DNA of 64,000 nt, from contig JAXGYC010000007.1 in assembly GCA_040772485.1 (NCBI GenBank), positions 384,001 to 448,000 on the forward strand, read 5' to 3'. Positions within the stretch are counted from its first letter, which is position 1. Each line of letters starts with the position of its first letter. The translations under genes and the position numbers were made by a program. The notes beneath the pieces were generated by a model. That model was not told the DNA's origin. It did no database searches and saw nothing but the letters and a program-made list of their open reading frames with translations. The DNA comes from Sedimentisphaerales bacterium (GTDB lineage Bacteria > Planctomycetota > Phycisphaerae > Sedimentisphaerales > Anaerobacaceae). Below are positions 45,963 to 57,815 of this stretch, piece after piece.

Positions 45963-48254
45963 CTACCTTGTCTGGTCGCCTGGGGGTGGAGCCGGTGGCG
46001 TGGCCTCGGACTGGCCGCTGGGCGGAGCCTCCTGGCCGGCCTGCCCGCCCGCGGGACCGCTGCCGCCACGGCGACCGCGGCCACCGCCTTGACGCTGGAA
46101 ACGCTCCATCATCTGCTGGCGTTGCTCGGGCGTCATCTCCATCATCCGCTGCCGTTGCTCGGGCGTCATCTCGGCGCCACCGGGCATCCCCGGACCGCCG
46201 CCCTGACGTTGGAAACGCTCCATCATCTGTTGCCGCTGCTCGGGTGTCATCTCAGCGCCGCCGGGCATTCGCGGGCCGCCGCCCTGACGCTGGAAGCGTT
46301 CCATCATCTGCTGCCGCTGCTCGGGCGTCATCTCGGCGCCGCCGGGCATTCCCGGACCGCCGCCCTGACGCCTGAGCTGGCGCATCTGCTGCCTCATCTC
46401 ATCGGTCATCTCCACCCCGCCCGGCATCTGCGGAGTCGCCGGGGCTGGCCCCATCGTCTCGCCTGCCGGCGCCGCAGCGGAGGAGTCGTTCGCGTCGCTC
46501 GCACCGCTTCCATTCCTCTGCGGCCGCTCACGGAACGACGAAGTGGCTGCGGATTCAGTGTACAAGCGAGGATTCAGCAGCACTTCTTCGCCGCCTTCCA
46601 GACCGCTGACGATCTGCACGAAGGTGTCGTTGAAAGCGCCGGTCTGCACCTCACGTTCCTCTCCCTCCGGTGCCTGCGGCGTCACGACATAGCACACCTT
46701 GCGGCCTCCACGACTGGCCACCACCTGAATCGGCACAATGACGACATCGTCCAACTCGCGCACGAGAATCTCGACCCGGCACGACATCCGCGTTCGCAGG
46801 AAATCGTGCGTGCCGTCGATCTTCACCAGGGTCGTGTACACCTTCAGGTCCGGATTCATAAAGCCGCGCTGCTGGTCGGGCAGCGGCGCCACTTCCAACA
46901 CTTCGCCGTCGAGCACCTGGTCGGGAAACGCATCCATCACAATGGTGGCAGGCTGTCCCGGACGGACCTTGTCCACCTCGGTCTCGTGCACGCTGATCTC
47001 GGCCACCATGGTGGCGGTATCGGGCATCGAGATGATCGTCTGGCCTTCAAAGACGGTCTCGCCCTCGGCGATCATGCCGCTGCCGGCGCCACCGCCTCCT
47101 CGGCCTCGCATCGCGCGGAACATGTCCCCCGTGCTGCCGGTGCCGTAGATCACCAGGCCCGGGGCCTTGGCGCGCATCGTGCAGTTGGCGATCTGTAGCT
47201 CGAGCTCACTGACGCGCTTCTGCTGCGCTCGGAGCCGCTCCTGGGCGTTGGCCAATCTGGCCTGCGCCTGCGCCAATTTGGAGCGGCATTCCGCGAAGGT
47301 TCGTTCGAGCTCGCGCCCGGCTTCGATGTAGTTGCTGAGATGCTGCTCGGCATTCTTCGGGAAATCATAGCGAAGGAATAGATCCAGATTCACCTTGGCG
47401 TTCTGCTCGCGGAATCTCTGGTTGTCGACCGTGAGCCGGTCCCCCTGCAAGTCGAGATCGGAGACGTAATTGGCGTCGTGGAGTTTCTCCGTTCCGGCCA
47501 GTCTCGCCTGCGCCGTCTTCAGGTTGCCCTCGGCCAAAACGATGTCGTCGTTCAGCTGCTTCAGCTCCTGGCCGGCGGCGGTGCCGTCCAGCATGTTGGG
47601 ATCGTCCTTGACCTCCACCAGAAACGGCGCGACGTACTCGGTCAAGTCCACCGCATCATTGACGTCACGCGTCAGCCGTTCCGCCAGAGCGGCCCCGAGG
47701 TACTTCTGGAGGTCCAGCAGAGCGAACCGGACCTCGAGCCGCCCATTCGCAACATCGCTCTCATTCTGAATCACCTGAATGTCGTAGGCCTCCTTCGCGG
47801 AGGTCTCGGTCTCCTGGTCGCTGGCCAGTTCCATCTTCTCCTGGATCAACTGGTCTTCCAGCGAAGAGGAATCCAGCTTGACCAGGACCATCCCGTCGTC
47901 GACGTCCTTCTGACTGATGTACGCCCCGGACGGAACAATGCTCAGGATCGTGATCTGCGCACCGCGCGATTCCACCTCGCAGCGGTACTCGATGGACTTG
48001 TGCGCGCGGATGCTGCCGCCCTCGCTGACCGTGATGACCAGGTTGTCCCGGCGCGCCGTAAACGTGCCCCCGGACGTCGTGCCGGCGCCCGCATTCCCCT
48101 TGATGGAAGCCACCAGCACGACCGCGCCGGCCGCAATGAGAAAGAGAACCAACGGGAGCAACCAGCGCCGCTTCTTCGGTCGCCCAGTCCGCTGGATGGC
48201 CGGATGTTTGCTCGCCGATTTGTCCTGCATCGAACTGCCTGGATTAGGTTTCAT
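45963..48254 (-). CDS. MacA/HlyD-like periplasmic adaptor with long coiled coil and repetitive C-terminal tail
   Basis: N-terminal TM, lipoyl-half motifs, MRAKAPGLVIY, VHETEVDKVRPGQ; ATGA overlap with the TolC gene. Confidence 0.88.
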   Translation of the reverse strand: MKPNPGSSMQDKSASKHPAIQRTGRPKKRRWLLPLVLFLIAAGAVVLVASIKGNAGAGTTSGGTFTARRDNLVITVSEGGSIRAHKSIEYRCEVESRGAQITILSIVPSGAYISQKDVDDGMVLVKLDSSSLEDQLIQEKMELASDQETETSAKEAYDIQVIQNESDVANGRLEVRFALLDLQKYLGAALAERLTRDVNDAVDLTEYVAPFLVEVKDDPNMLDGTAAGQELKQLNDDIVLAEGNLKTAQARLAGTEKLHDANYVSDLDLQGDRLTVDNQRFREQNAKVNLDLFLRYDFPKNAEQHLSNYIEAGRELERTFAECRSKLAQAQARLANAQERLRAQQKRVSELELQIANCTMRAKAPGLVIYGTGSTGDMFRAMRGRGGGGAGSGMIAEGETVFEGQTIISMPDTATMVAEISVHETEVDKVRPGQPATIVMDAFPDQVLDGEVLEVAPLPDQQRGFMNPDLKVYTTLVKIDGTHDFLRTRMSCRVEILVRELDDVVIVPIQVVASRGGRKVCYVVTPQAPEGEEREVQTGAFNDTFVQIVSGLEGGEEVLLNPRLYTESAATSSFRERPQRNGSGASDANDSSAAAPAGETMGPAPATPQMPGGVEMTDEMRQQMRQLRRQGGGPGMPGGAEMTPEQRQQMMERFQRQGGGPRMPGGAEMTPEQRQQMMERFQRQGGGPGMPGGAEMTPEQRQRMMEMTPEQRQQMMERFQRQGGGRGRRGGSGPAGGQAGQEAPPSGQSEATPPAPPPGDQTR
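46080..46427 (-). repeat. In-frame 81-bp tandem repeat (27 aa GGGPGMPGGAEMTPEQRQQMMERFQRQ), about 4 copies, plus a 33-bp sub-duplication
   Basis: CCCTGACG recurs at 46201, 46282 and 46363 (period 81); extra MTPEQRQRMME unit. Confidence 0.92.
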
Positions 48255-49891
48255 GGTGCCGTATGCTCCCACATTCCATCCGGTCTGACCTGTAAGACGC
48301 CGATATCTCGAAAGAAGCTCATCTTCGCAATCGTGTGATCGACCAGTGCGCTGAGCACGTCATTCTGTGCCCGCACCAGCGCATCCTCGGAGTCGAGCAG
48401 CAATCGCACGGTCCCGCGCCCGTACTGAAGCGACAGCTTCTCGACCTCCACGCGCTTCCGGGCCAGATTCAGCCCGATCTGCTGGATCCGATAGCTCTCG
48501 GCGGTCTCCGCCAGATCGCGATACGCCTGGCGAACGCCGAGTTTGATCTCGTCCACCTGCTCTTCATAGCCTCGCTGACGCTGCTGGGCCGTGATCAGCG
48601 CCTCACGATACGCATTGCGCTCCGCTTTTCGGTCCAGCGGCAGGTCGCCCTCCAATCCCAGCCGATAGTTGCCCTCGTCGAATTGTAGCGAGGCAAACTT
48701 CGTCTCCGGCTCCGAGGCAACGTTGGCGCTGCCGATCAGGTTCAATTGAACGCCCAGCCCTTTGGCGGCCAGTTCCAGCTTCCTCTGGGCATCGTCGAGG
48801 CCATCGCGGGTGTTGGCCAAATCCAGACGACGATCCAGGGCCAGCTCCATAGCCTCGACCTCGGTATACGCCGGCTCGCTGATCCCGATGTCGGCCAGCG
48901 CCGTCAACTCGTTCGGATCGAGCGTCACGTTGGCGTCGGTGGGCAAGGCCAGGCGGACCTTGAACGTGTCCAGCGTCTGTTCATAACGCTGGCGCGCCGA
49001 AACCAGCGCCTGCTCGGTGGTGAGCAGCCGCTGCTCGGCTTCACCCAGATCGTACGCGGGTCGCTGACCTACGTCGACCTCCATGCGCAACTGATTCGTC
49101 GATTCCACCTGCCTGGCGTAGCTGGCCTCCTGGATGAGAACGGCCTCCCGCTGCTGCAAGACCCGATAGTAGTCACTGATGACCGAGACCACGAAGGTCT
49201 GACGGTAGCGGTTGAACGTACGGATTCGATACAACACATTGCGCTCGGCCTGCGTCAGATTCTCCCATTCGGACAGACCGGCGCCGGCGCCGAGGATCGG
49301 AAAGGCCAGGGTGGACGTGAGCACAGAACCCAGCGAGGTTTGCGGGTCCCCCGTCAGGAACCGGCTCCAGTCCAGGGCCAGCCCGCTGGTGACCCGAAGG
49401 CCATTGGCAAGGAGAAACGTCTTGTTGACGCTGCCTTCGGCCCCTGCAGTGATGTCCTCCCGCTCATTGTTTTTCGCATAGAAGGCGTCGAACGTTCCGA
49501 GCCATTGCGGCGCGTACCGATGCCGCGTCAGCGTCAGGTCCAGCGCCGCCAGGTAGAGCGATTCCTTCTGGGACTGATACTCCCGGCTGTACTTCGTCGC
49601 GATCTCGACCGCTTCGGCCAGGCTCACGACGCGGTCGGACGGGACCGCATCGAGGACCTCCACGTTGTTGGGACCGGCGTCGTTGATCCGATAGTTGGCC
49701 ATCTGACCGAAGTCGTCCTGCCACTTGTCCTCCAGGATCTCGTAAACCTCCTTGTCCGCCTTCTCCTTGTAGTGCTCGCGGCTGCATCCGCCAGCCAGGC
49801 CGAGGGCAAGCACGGCGCACACCGCCCACGCAGACAACAGAGCGCACCGGGCCCCGTACCATCTGAAGTCGTTCCGAGAATCAGCCGTCAC
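48251..49891 (-). CDS. TolC-family outer membrane lipoprotein
   Basis: GTG start after GGAGG; lipobox AGGC; LAEAVEIA...YQSQKESLY; two OEP-like halves. The ORF-track extension to 50182 runs into the tRNA and is rejected. Confidence 0.87.
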   Translation of the reverse strand: MTADSRNDFRWYGARCALLSAWAVCAVLALGLAGGCSREHYKEKADKEVYEILEDKWQDDFGQMANYRINDAGPNNVEVLDAVPSDRVVSLAEAVEIATKYSREYQSQKESLYLAALDLTLTRHRYAPQWLGTFDAFYAKNNEREDITAGAEGSVNKTFLLANGLRVTSGLALDWSRFLTGDPQTSLGSVLTSTLAFPILGAGAGLSEWENLTQAERNVLYRIRTFNRYRQTFVVSVISDYYRVLQQREAVLIQEASYARQVESTNQLRMEVDVGQRPAYDLGEAEQRLLTTEQALVSARQRYEQTLDTFKVRLALPTDANVTLDPNELTALADIGISEPAYTEVEAMELALDRRLDLANTRDGLDDAQRKLELAAKGLGVQLNLIGSANVASEPETKFASLQFDEGNYRLGLEGDLPLDRKAERNAYREALITAQQRQRGYEEQVDEIKLGVRQAYRDLAETAESYRIQQIGLNLARKRVEVEKLSLQYGRGTVRLLLDSEDALVRAQNDVLSALVDHTIAKMSFFRDIGVLQVRPDGMWEHTAP

Positions 49892-50142
49892 AGATTGACC
49901 TCCATCGCACAGTTTCTCCATCGTTGCGGGCCAGCCGCATCCCGGGTAGCGAACCGCCCGCCCACCTCTGCCCCCGCAGCGATTCACAGCCTGCATTGTA
50001 TGGGGAGCCAGCACCGCCACAAAGCACATTCTGTGTGAATGACGTTTTCCGTCGCCGCAACATTGCAGAAAAGTGGGGAGGAGAAAGCGGTTAAGCAACG
50101 GCAAGCCGCACAGCGGGCACAGGGCATCACAGGCTCGCAAAG

Positions 50143-50217
50143 GGTGAAAGACGGGATTCGAACCCGCGACCCCCAGAACCACAATCTGGTGCTCTATCCA
50201 GCTGAGCTACTCTCACC
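50143..50217 (-). tRNA. tRNA-His (GUG)
   Basis: G-GTGAGAG TAGCTCAGCTGGATAGAGC A CCAGA TTGTGGT TCTGG GGGTC GCGGG TTCGAAT CCCGT CTTTCAC-C; encoded G-1:C73 pair; CCA not fully encoded. Confidence 0.97.
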
Positions 50218-50220
50218 ACG

Positions 50221-50257
50221 AAAGCAAGGTGCGTCGGAGAGACCCGACGCACCCTGC
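50221..50257 (-). terminator. Terminator-like hairpin downstream of ppdK
   Basis: GCAGGGTGCGTCGG-GTCTCT-CCGACGCACCTTGC-TTT. Confidence 0.65.
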
Positions 50258-50285
50258 ATTGTACCGTCCAAACGGCGTCTGTCAA
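50258..50285 (-). promoter_or_regulatory. Promoter of tRNA-His
   Basis: TTGACA-16 nt-TACAAT. Confidence 0.75.
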
Positions 50286-50292
50286 TGCCGTC

Positions 50293-53004
<2,712 letters not shown>

Positions 53005-53135
53005 GCTTACTTTCTCCTTCTTGCTCGTGTCATCAGTGCGAGAGCATTGTTGTTTCGGATCGGCTCCGCGAATTTCACTGTAGCCCGACCCCGACAACGA
53101 GATCGGGATTTCCTGCCGGGCAGATAAAGGCGGTC

Positions 53136-53164
53136 AGTGTATAACAGCCCCCCGACCCTGTCAA
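53136..53164 (-). promoter_or_regulatory. ppdK promoter
   Basis: TTGACA-17 nt-TACACT. Confidence 0.75.
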
Positions 53165-53240
53165 CGAGGAAAAGTGGATTTTGACCTGCGGATTTCGCAC
53201 CGGAAACGAGGTTCGGCCGTCCCGGGGCGCGTCGAGCCTG

Positions 53241-54686
53241 CTATGGGAAAGGCCAGGCCTCGGACGGCCTGCGCGCCGCCTTCATCAGGGAGGCGATCTG
53301 CGTCACAATCTCGGGATACTCGTCGGCCAGGTTCGTCGTCTCCCCGAGGTCCGTTCGCAGGTCATACAGCTCGATCGGCCCATCGGGATCGTTCGCCACA
53401 TTTAGACGGACGCCCTTCCAATCGCCCACGCGGACCGCTTGCTTCTTGCCCTGTTCGTGGAATTCCCAGTACAGATAACGGTGCCTCCGCTGCTGACCGG
53501 GCCTGCCCAAGAGCGTGGGGAGGATCGAGAACCCGTCGGTATCGTCCGGCGGCACCGCGCCGGCCAGATCGCAGCAGGTCGGCAGGAAATCCCAGAACGC
53601 GCAGACGTGGTCCGTGCCCGAGCCGGCGGCGATCCTGCCCGGCCAGCGGGCGATCAGCGGCACGCGGACACCCCCTTCATACAGGTCGCGTTTGATGCCT
53701 CGCAAGGGCCCGTTGCTGTCGAAGAACGCGGAATCGGCGCCGCCTTCCTGGTGCGGACCGTTGTCGCTGGAGAACAGCACCAGCGTGTCCTCGTCGATGC
53801 CAAGGGCCTTGAGCTTGTCCAGGAGGCGTCCGACGTCGCCATCCATCCGCGTGATCATCGCGGCACGGCCTTTCTGCGGCTCGGGCCAGTCCTCGCCCGC
53901 GTAAGGCCCGTACGAAGGAACCTCCATCCCCTGCTGGCCCGCCTCATTATTGGCGTGCGGAATCGTCAGAGCCAGGTACAGGAAGAACGGCAACTGGCGG
54001 TTCTGCTCGATGAACTGAAGCGCCTCTTCCGCAAACAGGTCATGAGAGTACTGGACCTTCTCGGTGGCCACACCTGCACCGTCCGTCCGGTCGCCCGCAA
54101 CCTTGTTCGCCAGCGGCACGCGCTCGTCGTTGCGGAAGAGGAATTCGGGGTAATAATTGTGCGCGTGCCTCTGGCAGAGGTATCCAAAGGAGTAGTCGAA
54201 CCCTTGATTGTTGGGCGCGCCGCTGCTGCCGGGCCCGCCCAGACCCCACTTGCCGATCAGGCCCGTCACGTAGCCGCGACTCTTGAGCAGCTTGGGAACG
54301 GTCACCGCATCCGGGGGCAGGGGCAACTGCCCCATCGGCTTGGCCTCTTTGTTGCCCCGCACATGCGCATGCCCGGTGTGCAGACCCGTCATCAGCGAGC
54401 AGCGGGACGGCGCACAGACGGTGCTGCCGGCGTAACAATCGGTGAAGAGCATACCCTCCGCAGCCATGCGGTCGATGTTGGGAGTCCGGATCCTCTGCTG
54501 CCCGTAGCAACCGAGGTCGCCGTACCCGAGGTCGTCGGCCAGGATGAAGATGATGTTGGGCTGCCCCGGCCCGACCAGCCGCTTCGGTCGGCTCGCGCAG
54601 CCGCCCAGCAGTCCGGAGGCGGCGACAAACCCTGTGGCCTTGAGAAAACTGCGCCGCGTCCAATTCTGTCTGTTTCGCTCGGCCAT
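53241..54686 (-). CDS. Arylsulfatase (S1, Cys-type) with Tat lipoprotein signal
   Basis: TRRSFLK plus LLGGC; PNIIFILADDLG; CAPSRCSLMTG; GKWGLG; SDNG. Confidence 0.95.
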   Translation of the reverse strand: MAERNRQNWTRRSFLKATGFVAASGLLGGCASRPKRLVGPGQPNIIFILADDLGYGDLGCYGQQRIRTPNIDRMAAEGMLFTDCYAGSTVCAPSRCSLMTGLHTGHAHVRGNKEAKPMGQLPLPPDAVTVPKLLKSRGYVTGLIGKWGLGGPGSSGAPNNQGFDYSFGYLCQRHAHNYYPEFLFRNDERVPLANKVAGDRTDGAGVATEKVQYSHDLFAEEALQFIEQNRQLPFFLYLALTIPHANNEAGQQGMEVPSYGPYAGEDWPEPQKGRAAMITRMDGDVGRLLDKLKALGIDEDTLVLFSSDNGPHQEGGADSAFFDSNGPLRGIKRDLYEGGVRVPLIARWPGRIAAGSGTDHVCAFWDFLPTCCDLAGAVPPDDTDGFSILPTLLGRPGQQRRHRYLYWEFHEQGKKQAVRVGDWKGVRLNVANDPDGPIELYDLRTDLGETTNLADEYPEIVTQIASLMKAARRPSEAWPFP

Positions 54687-54736
54687 CTTCCGTTGCTCCA
54701 TCAGACAAGTCCCTCGATGAAAAGACGGTTTCGAAC

Positions 54737-56191
54737 TCACTTGCCCGGCGTCGGGATGGCAACGTCGATCGAGCGGACTTCGCCCAGCGTCGAAAGCGGT
54801 CGGTCGAAATCCTCCGGCCGCCCCACGACAAGAATCTGCATGGCGTCGGGCCTCAGATGCGCCCGCGCGGCCCGCAGGACGTCGGCCTTGGTAACCTTCT
54901 CGATGCTTTCCTTCGTCTTCTGGAGGAAATCGGGCGGGTAGCCGTAGTAATCGTAGGTCATCAGGCGACTGATGATCTCTGCAGTGCTGTCAAAGTTGAA
55001 CACGAAGGAATTGAGATAGCTGTCCTTGGCCAGCTCCAACTCCTCATCCGTAACCTCTTCGGTGGTCATCTTCCTGGCCTCCGCGACAATCGCCTCGATC
55101 GCATGGACGGTGCTCTCCGACTTCGTCTGGCAGCCCATGGAGAGGACTCCGGGACGATCGTAGCGAGAAGAATACGTCCCGAAGACGGAATAGGCCAGAC
55201 CTTGCCGCGAGCGCACGTTCTTGAACAACCGGCCGGTGAAGCCGCCGCCCAGGACCTGGTTCATCACGGTCAGGGCCGCGTAGTCCGGATCGCTCATAAG
55301 TCCGGCGATATGGCCCAAATAGATGTTCGACTGGTTCAGGTCGGGCCGCGACACCAGGTTCACTGTGGACCGCCAGGCGTAATCCACCTCGGGTTTGGCG
55401 GGCAGATCCAGGGCGATCTTCTCCCATCCTTCGAAGGCCCTCTCGATCCTGGCAACCATCTCCCGCGTGTCGAAATCGCCCCAGACCGCCAGCATCATGT
55501 TGTTCGGTCCGAAGAACCGCTTGTGAAACGCCGCCAGATCGTCCCGGGTGATGTTGTCGATGGTCGCATACTCGGTGTGCCTGGCGTACACGCTGTCGGG
55601 ACCGTAAATGAGCTTGTCGAACTCCCGCGACGCGATGGAACGCGGCGAGTCGTTCCGCCTGGCAATACTGCTGCGATGCTGCATCTTGGCCAGCTCGATC
55701 TTGTCGTCGCGGAACGCCGGACGCATCAGCACGTCCGCCAGGATGGCCAGGGCCTTGTCGATGTCCCCCTTGAGCGCAGAGACGGAAGCGTACCCGGCAT
55801 CCTGTCCGATGCTCGTCTCGACGGAGGCCGCGATCTGCTCCAGCTCGTCGTCCAACTCGTCTCCGGTCTTGCTGGTCGTTCCGCCGGTGCGCATGACCTC
55901 GCCAGTGATGTCGGCCAGGCCCACCTTGTCGGCCGGCTCGTAGACAGATCCCACGCGGATTCGACTCGAAACATAGATCAGCGGCAGCTCATGGTCCTCC
56001 AATATGAGCAGCCGCATCCCGTTGGCCAGAGTCACACGCTGCACCTCCGGCACGACGACGTCATTCAATCTCGGGTACTTCAGTTGCCTGTGGTCGGGCG
56101 TTCGCTGTGCCGCAGGAATCGGGGCCGTCAGACCGACGACCGCAAGAAAACACAGGCTCAACATCAGATGGTGTATTCGCTCGCTCTTCAT
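54737..56191 (-). CDS. M16B peptidase, non-catalytic subunit
   Basis: M16 fold but lacks HxxEH (LADITGEVM); has RLFKNVRSRQGLAY R/Y pair; signal peptide. Confidence 0.88.
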   Translation of the reverse strand: MKSERIHHLMLSLCFLAVVGLTAPIPAAQRTPDHRQLKYPRLNDVVVPEVQRVTLANGMRLLILEDHELPLIYVSSRIRVGSVYEPADKVGLADITGEVMRTGGTTSKTGDELDDELEQIAASVETSIGQDAGYASVSALKGDIDKALAILADVLMRPAFRDDKIELAKMQHRSSIARRNDSPRSIASREFDKLIYGPDSVYARHTEYATIDNITRDDLAAFHKRFFGPNNMMLAVWGDFDTREMVARIERAFEGWEKIALDLPAKPEVDYAWRSTVNLVSRPDLNQSNIYLGHIAGLMSDPDYAALTVMNQVLGGGFTGRLFKNVRSRQGLAYSVFGTYSSRYDRPGVLSMGCQTKSESTVHAIEAIVAEARKMTTEEVTDEELELAKDSYLNSFVFNFDSTAEIISRLMTYDYYGYPPDFLQKTKESIEKVTKADVLRAARAHLRPDAMQILVVGRPEDFDRPLSTLGEVRSIDVAIPTPGK

Positions 56192-56205
56192 TTCCCGTCC
56201 GCCTT

Positions 56206-57744
56206 TCAGGATTCGTTCTCACTGATGGTCGTCTCAATGATGCCGACCGTCCGGTTCTTCGTCGTGAAATACGTCCGGGCGACCCGCTGGACGTCCTCGG
56301 CCGTGACACGGTCGATCTGTTCGAGCTGCTTGAACAGATTCCGCCAGTCGCCCGTCAGAACCTCATAAAACGTCAGCAGTTCGGCCAGACCCGAGTTGGA
56401 GTCGAGTTGTCGAATCAGGGCGGCGCGGGCCCGCGTCTTGGCCTTTTCAAGCTCCTGCTCGGTGACCGGCTCGCTGCGGAGACGCTCGATCTCCGCGTAG
56501 ATCGCCTGTTCGCACTCCTGGTTCGTGTGGCCTCTGGCCGGCATGGCGTAGAACAGGAACAGCCCCGGATACTTCTGCCCCGGCATGCCCTGGAAGCCGG
56601 ACGTCGCCATCGCAATCTTCTTGTCCCGGACGAGACTGCGATAGAGCCGCGACGTGCGTCCGGTTCCTATGATGTCCGTGATGGCGTCGAACACGGCGTT
56701 ATCCTCGTGGTTGATGCTCGGCTTGTGGTAGCCGATCAACACGAACGGCTGGGCCGGATCCTCCACGACGACGCGGCGTTCGCCCGGCTGAGGCGGTTCC
56801 ACGGTCTCGACCGGGTCCGCCGCCGGACGGCAGGGAATCCGCCCGAAATACTCCTGGGCCAGCGTCTGGACGCGAGCCGGATCGACGTCGCCGACGATCG
56901 CCATCGTCAGGTTGCTCGGACCATAGTGCGCTCGGAAGAACGCTTCGGCTTCCGCACGGGTAATGGCCTCGACGTCGCTCATGTGCCCGATGACAGGCGC
57001 GCCATAGGGGTGCGCCTTGTAGGCCACCGCCAGAAACTCCTCCAGCAGCTTGCCGACCGGCTGCGTCTCCGTCCGAAGCCGGCGCTCCTCCATCACGACG
57101 TTCTTCTCTTTGTAGAACTCACGCAGGACCGGATTGAGAAAGCGATCCGACTCCAGCAGCATCCAGAGTTCGAGCTTGTTCGAAGGGAGGCTCACGAAGT
57201 AGACGGTATAGTCGGAACTGGTCCCAGCGTTGAGCCCCACGCCGCCGGCCTGCTTGAGGATCTCGTCGAATTCATCGTGGACAAGATACTGCTGGGCCTC
57301 CCGCTGCGCCTCCTCGAACTGCCGGTGGAGCTGGGCCATCCGCTGTTCGTTGACCGCGCCGGGCCTGGCCTTCTCGGCCTTGATCGCCTCAAACGCCTCG
57401 TCGATTTTCGCGAGCGCTTTGGCCTCAGCCTGGTAATCCTTCGTCCCAATCGTTTGTGTGCCCTTGAAGGCCATGTGCTCGAAGACGTGCGCCAGGCCCG
57501 TGATGCCGGTGACCTCGTCGACCGCCCCGACGTTGGCGTGCGTATAGCACGTCACCACCGGGGCCTCGCGCCGCTGGAGCACGATGAACCGCAGCCCATT
57601 GTCCAGCGTGAACTGCGTCACGCGCGACTCGAACTCCGCCAGGTCCTGCGCGATGCCGGCGCAGGCGATCGACAGCACCACGACCAGCGCCAGCAGCGCC
57701 GCAGACCATGCAGCCCCGCCATGCCTTCTATCTGCTCGTCCCAT
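56206..57744 (-). CDS. M16B zinc peptidase, catalytic subunit
   Basis: GLAHVFEHMAFKG (HxxEH), NAGTS, EKNVVMEE; signal peptide. Confidence 0.92.
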   Translation of the reverse strand: MGRADRRHGGAAWSAALLALVVVLSIACAGIAQDLAEFESRVTQFTLDNGLRFIVLQRREAPVVTCYTHANVGAVDEVTGITGLAHVFEHMAFKGTQTIGTKDYQAEAKALAKIDEAFEAIKAEKARPGAVNEQRMAQLHRQFEEAQREAQQYLVHDEFDEILKQAGGVGLNAGTSSDYTVYFVSLPSNKLELWMLLESDRFLNPVLREFYKEKNVVMEERRLRTETQPVGKLLEEFLAVAYKAHPYGAPVIGHMSDVEAITRAEAEAFFRAHYGPSNLTMAIVGDVDPARVQTLAQEYFGRIPCRPAADPVETVEPPQPGERRVVVEDPAQPFVLIGYHKPSINHEDNAVFDAITDIIGTGRTSRLYRSLVRDKKIAMATSGFQGMPGQKYPGLFLFYAMPARGHTNQECEQAIYAEIERLRSEPVTEQELEKAKTRARAALIRQLDSNSGLAELLTFYEVLTGDWRNLFKQLEQIDRVTAEDVQRVARTYFTTKNRTVGIIETTISENES

Positions 57745-57815
57745 CTCATGTCTCCTCAAACCGCGTCGATTGGGAAGAATCCTCACTTGAGATCGCCCCA
57801 GGTTGCGGGCGTCGC

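Noticed and set aside
46080..46427. Periodic repeat as a possible CRISPR array
   Set aside because: Contiguous in-frame 81-bp coding repeats with no unique spacers; no cas genes
49892..50182. N-terminal extension of the TolC ORF given in the ORF track
   Set aside because: Overlaps tRNA-His; a GTG with GGAGG RBS and lipoprotein signal at 49891 is the better start
50143..50217. tRNA-His as an integration site for the adjacent efflux genes
   Set aside because: No integrase, and I found no duplicate of its 3' end in the window
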